Of a DNA stretch of 64,000 nt, positions 60,613 to 64,000 are shown piece by piece; the first letter of the stretch is position 1; each line of letters opens with the position of its first letter. Made by a program: the position numbers and the translations under genes. Below the pieces are notes generated by a model. That model was not told where the DNA came from, ran no database searches, and worked only from the letters and a program-made list of their open reading frames with translations. The stretch comes from a phage. The stretch lies in the sequence record PZ445521.1; one strand, 5' to 3'.

Positions 60613-61768
60613 TTAACTGTTCGAGGTCAGTTTCTAAATCAGCTGCTGATTTACTTTTACTTTCTGGAGATTTAAATTTTTCAACCTTTGAGTTAATCAA
60701 TTCATCAACTTCAGCTTCAACAATTTCATTACTATCAATAGCACCTAACTGATAAGCACGTTTAATAGCATCTCGGAATGGTTGATGCTTAAATAAAGGA
60801 CCCCAGAATGTAGTGCAGTTGGTATCTTTTGCACGCCAAGATTTTTCTTCGCGAATCATCTCGCCGGTTTCTTCATCAAGAAATTCACGAGCATACCAGC
60901 CATTTTTAGGTTTTACCACGAATCCTAATTCTAGAGCCATATCTAACAATCCAGAATAAGGATCGATACCACCGTCAAATTTAACATCAATAAAGAATTT
61001 ACTTTTTTCTTTAACGGTACGAGATTTTTCTACATTTAGAACAAATTGATACCCCTGAAGATCAGAACCATCTTTAATCTGACGCTTACCGATAATGAAT
61101 ACGGTATCAGCCGAATACATTACGCCTGTACCACCTGTCATCACGGTTTTACTAAACATTTCAATTGTTTCAATTGTATGATTAACCGCAACACATGGAA
61201 TATTTTTAATGCTAAAGTAAGGAGTAACAATACGGAATAATGACTTCAGTGATTTAGCACGAGTCATATCTGCCACAGATTTTTCATTCAAGGCATCTTC
61301 CGTTTCTTTCTTAGAAGCCATATTACCGATTGAGTCGATGAATACAATAACTTTTTCACCGCGCTCAATAGCTTCAAGCTGATTCACCATATCAATTTTC
61401 AGCTGTTCAACTGACTGGATTGGCGTATGAATTACTCGTTCCGGGTCAACTCCCATGGATCGTAAATAAGCTGGAGTAATACCAAATTCACTATCATAGA
61501 ATAGACAAACCGCGTCAGGATATTTGTTCAAATATGCCGCAACCATAGTCAAAGACATATTTGATTTAAAGTGTTTAGAAGGCCCTGCGAAAATAGTTAA
61601 ACCAGACTGCATACCGCCATCAATCGCGCCAGAAATAGCAATATTAAGCATTGGGATTTTTGTACGGATTACATCCTTTTCATTAAAGAATTTAGATGTA
61701 GTCAGTTCAGCAGTCATTTTAGAAGTGGAAGCTTTAATCAAACGGGATTTTAAATCTGCAATAGACAT
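60587..61768 (-). CDS. uvsX: UvsX recombinase (RecA-like)
   Basis: 393-aa ORF MSIADLKSRLIKASTSKMTAELTTSKFFNEKDVIRTKIPMLNIA.. matches T4 UvsX. Confidence 0.9.
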   Translation of the reverse strand: MSIADLKSRLIKASTSKMTAELTTSKFFNEKDVIRTKIPMLNIAISGAIDGGMQSGLTIFAGPSKHFKSNMSLTMVAAYLNKYPDAVCLFYDSEFGITPAYLRSMGVDPERVIHTPIQSVEQLKIDMVNQLEAIERGEKVIVFIDSIGNMASKKETEDALNEKSVADMTRAKSLKSLFRIVTPYFSIKNIPCVAVNHTIETIEMFSKTVMTGGTGVMYSADTVFIIGKRQIKDGSDLQGYQFVLNVEKSRTVKEKSKFFIDVKFDGGIDPYSGLLDMALELGFVVKPKNGWYAREFLDEETGEMIREEKSWRAKDTNCTTFWGPLFKHQPFRDAIKRAYQLGAIDSNEIVEAEVDELINSKVEKFKSPESKSKSAADLETDLEQLSDMEEFNE

Positions 61769-61845
61769 TCATTTTTTCCATAGGCATCATTATATTTTCC
61801 TCACTGGTTAAAGATAGAGTAATTATAACACAATAAATTTAGGCA

Positions 61846-62694
61846 TTAATCAACTGCTATTGGATGAATAGCATTAAACTTATGAAATGCTTCTGATTTT
61901 TCTTTACGTGAAACACACATGCGAAGAACCTTTAATGGCTCGTCTTCTTCACCCAACGATTTTCGTTTTTCAATATTCGATGTTTTCCAACGAGCTTGCT
62001 CTGGAAACTCTCTATTGATTTGCTCAAGCGCTCTATTATGTTTAGAATTACTACGAATTGAACTGCACCCGCCAGGAGCTTGTGCTTTTCCAGATACAAC
62101 CAGATATTTGAACAAGGCCAAATGCGGATAACCTTGATTAATTAAATTGAGAAATGCATACATATCTTCGCACAAATCAATTTTTCCATACCCAATTTGT
62201 TCTGTCGTAAGTTTTCCAAGGTCATACCATGTATTCGTGAATCCATATGAATTTTCACGATAATTACCCCAAGATGAAGTAATTTTAAAAATTGGTAGAC
62301 GAGCATGGCCATGATAATACCCGCAATCCATGGCATCTTCGACGTATTGAATCAATTCATAGAACTGTTCACGGGTTAATTGATTGACTTTATCTACACA
62401 ACGACGGTCATCTCTTTTTCGCATTGAACTCATACGAATAGTAGTATCATCGTCAATCATCCAGATTCGTTGACCTGCATACATATCAGTAATTGCTTTA
62501 CGAGTACCAGCAATTCCATTTACATCGTCAGGAATAGTTATAATTTTAGCTCTAGACCCATAGGCATCATAATAAGCTTTTTCTTCATGTTCACGCACTA
62601 CAATATGGGGTTCATAATTAGTCGGAAACATATCAAGGGCAGAAACTGCCCCGACACGCTGATAACTTGGAATTACGAATTGAATCATTTCCAC
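61846..62694 (-). CDS. putative glycosyltransferase with DxD motif in the beta-gt locus (not T4 beta-gt)
   Basis: 282-aa ORF with WMIDDDTT; sits between uvsX and 42. Confidence 0.5.
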   Translation of the reverse strand: MEMIQFVIPSYQRVGAVSALDMFPTNYEPHIVVREHEEKAYYDAYGSRAKIITIPDDVNGIAGTRKAITDMYAGQRIWMIDDDTTIRMSSMRKRDDRRCVDKVNQLTREQFYELIQYVEDAMDCGYYHGHARLPIFKITSSWGNYRENSYGFTNTWYDLGKLTTEQIGYGKIDLCEDMYAFLNLINQGYPHLALFKYLVVSGKAQAPGGCSSIRSNSKHNRALEQINREFPEQARWKTSNIEKRKSLGEEDEPLKVLRMCVSRKEKSEAFHKFNAIHPIAVD

Positions 62695-63425
62695 TCACCT
62701 TTATAGTCTTTTTTCACAATATGAGTTTCGCCAGTATTCCACCAATGATCAACCAAGTAAAAATGACGAGAATATACATGAAGACTTCCAACATTCCATA
62801 TAATAGAACCTGCTTTATACTGACGAGTTGAATCGCCTGCATTCAAATCAGATACTAATTTATCTAATACGTATTTTTGCCATGCATAATCATTACGGAA
62901 TCCGAAGACCACGTCATTTGAGCGCATGCTTACTACTGCATTGACTTTCTTATCACGAATCAGGTACTGTACTGTATTAGTACACATGAAATCTGACATA
63001 CCATCTTTATTGTAGTCAAATTGCATGGATGGACGAGTATAAATCATGATACCACGCCGAGAATCAGGATTTTGACCAAGTTCAGCTAAACACATATCAT
63101 ACTGGGCATAGTTATCTTCTGACCAAATAGCCCAACCATAATTCGAGTTAATTTCGCCTTTAGAAGATGCTACCTGCTGCCAAATCTTTGGTGTTTCACC
63201 TGGAATATCTTTAACAAACAAGCTCTTAGATTTATACCATTCAAGTTCGCGCTGAATGTATTCATCATTAAGAGCACCAAAAATAAACGGTTCATCTGCT
63301 ACAAATGATGCGCCAATAATTTCAATAGTTTTAACACCAGTTTTATCAACTACGAAATCTTTTTCTTTTAATGCAAGCCCCAAATGAAGACGGATTTCTT
63401 CAACTGTCATAGAGTCACTAATCAT
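62685..63425 (-). CDS. 42: dCMP hydroxymethylase
   Basis: 246-aa thymidylate-synthase-fold ORF. Confidence 0.85.
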   Translation of the reverse strand: MISDSMTVEEIRLHLGLALKEKDFVVDKTGVKTIEIIGASFVADEPFIFGALNDEYIQRELEWYKSKSLFVKDIPGETPKIWQQVASSKGEINSNYGWAIWSEDNYAQYDMCLAELGQNPDSRRGIMIYTRPSMQFDYNKDGMSDFMCTNTVQYLIRDKKVNAVVSMRSNDVVFGFRNDYAWQKYVLDKLVSDLNAGDSTRQYKAGSIIWNVGSLHVYSRHFYLVDHWWNTGETHIVKKDYKGEWK

Positions 63426-63432
63426 TTAAACC

Positions 63433-63582
63433 TCAATTGATACATTCATATTTAACTTGTAACAGTAATAAACCCCAACCTAAAATAATAGTTGGAATCA
63501 TAAGAGGAACCGTTACACTATAGTATATACTTATTATAATCATCAAGATTAAAAGCAACACTGTTATAATTTTGCTTTTCAT
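63433..63582 (-). CDS. small membrane protein (49 aa), not in ORF track (imm.1 position)
   Basis: MKSKIITVLLLILMIIISIYYSVTVPLMIPTIILGWGLLLLQVKYECIN; ATGA overlap with imm stop. Confidence 0.45.
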   Translation of the reverse strand: MKSKIITVLLLILMIIISIYYSVTVPLMIPTIILGWGLLLLQVKYECIN

Positions 63583-63830
63583 TCCTTATCTCTGATGATA
63601 ATTACCTGATTTGGTTGTGCAGACTTTTTAGTTTCACCCGCAATTGACCAAATAAATGTAATAAACCAACCAATAATTGACCAGTTAAACAGTAAAGATG
63701 TGAAAAAGATTCCTACTGTCGATTTTGACCCACGCATCAAAGCAATAAACCATGGAAGCATGTATATAATAATAGCCAACACACCTGAAACTAAAACCAT
63801 AAAAATTGAACCTGCTACTAAAGTTTCCAT
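63579..63830 (-). CDS. imm: Imm superinfection immunity membrane protein
   Basis: 83-aa two-TM ORF. Confidence 0.8.
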   Translation of the reverse strand: METLVAGSIFMVLVSGVLAIIIYMLPWFIALMRGSKSTVGIFFTSLLFNWSIIGWFITFIWSIAGETKKSAQPNQVIIIRDKE

Positions 63831-63841
63831 ATTTTCCTCAC

Positions 63842-64000
63842 TTAGTCAAATTTTTTACGCATGAATTATAAGAATTCACTACATACTCCATCGGAGCATT
63901 TTTACCAGTACGCCATTGGTAATTATTGGCCCAATTAGCCCAAAGCTCGGCGCAGTAGTTTTCAATTTTTTCTTCGCGTGTAATTACATCCGAATTACGA
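63842..64000 (-). CDS. 43: 3' end of DNA polymerase gene 43 (partial)
   Basis: Open minus-strand frame from window end to stop at 63842, in the T4 position upstream of imm. Confidence 0.5.

Overview
This window is a contiguous segment of a T4-like (T-even, Tequatrovirus-type) myovirus genome, in the same orientation as the T4 reference and spanning its rIIB/rIIA coordinate origin. All protein identifications rest on reading the supplied ORF translations and on my recall of T4 proteins; no database search was run. Layout: (1) 1-19.9 kb, minus strand: rIII, gene 31, cd, pseT, a spanin pair, alc, rnlA, denA, nrdB, nrdA, td, frd, 32, 59, 33, dsbA, rnh, with many small accessory ORFs between them. 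(2) 19.9-31.0 kb, plus strand: the late long-tail-fiber operon 34-35-36-37-38 and holin t, with TATAAATA late promoters. gp37 (1253 aa) and gp38 (261 aa, glycine-rich adhesin) are T2-type rather than T4-type. (3) 31.0-64.0 kb, minus strand: asiA, arn, motA, 52, ac, stp, ndd, denB, rIIB, rIIA, an unsplit gene 39, dexA, dda, modA/modB, soc, 56, 61, sp, dmd, 41, 40, uvsX, a glycosyltransferase, 42, imm and the 3' end of 43. Differences from T4 that I can see: td and nrdB are intron-less, gene 39 is a single 606-aa ORF, the beta-gt locus holds a different 282-aa enzyme, and several inter-core-gene slots carry ORFs I do not recognise. Intergenic regions carry repeated early-promoter cassettes and C(UUCG)G stem-loops. 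I found no tRNA, rRNA, CRISPR array or transposon. The best candidates for undescribed biology are the 61-to-41 accessory island with an internally repeated protein family, the gp37/gp38 host-range module, the seg-like ORF between 32 and 59, and the small-ORF clusters at frd-32, ndd-denB and modB-soc.
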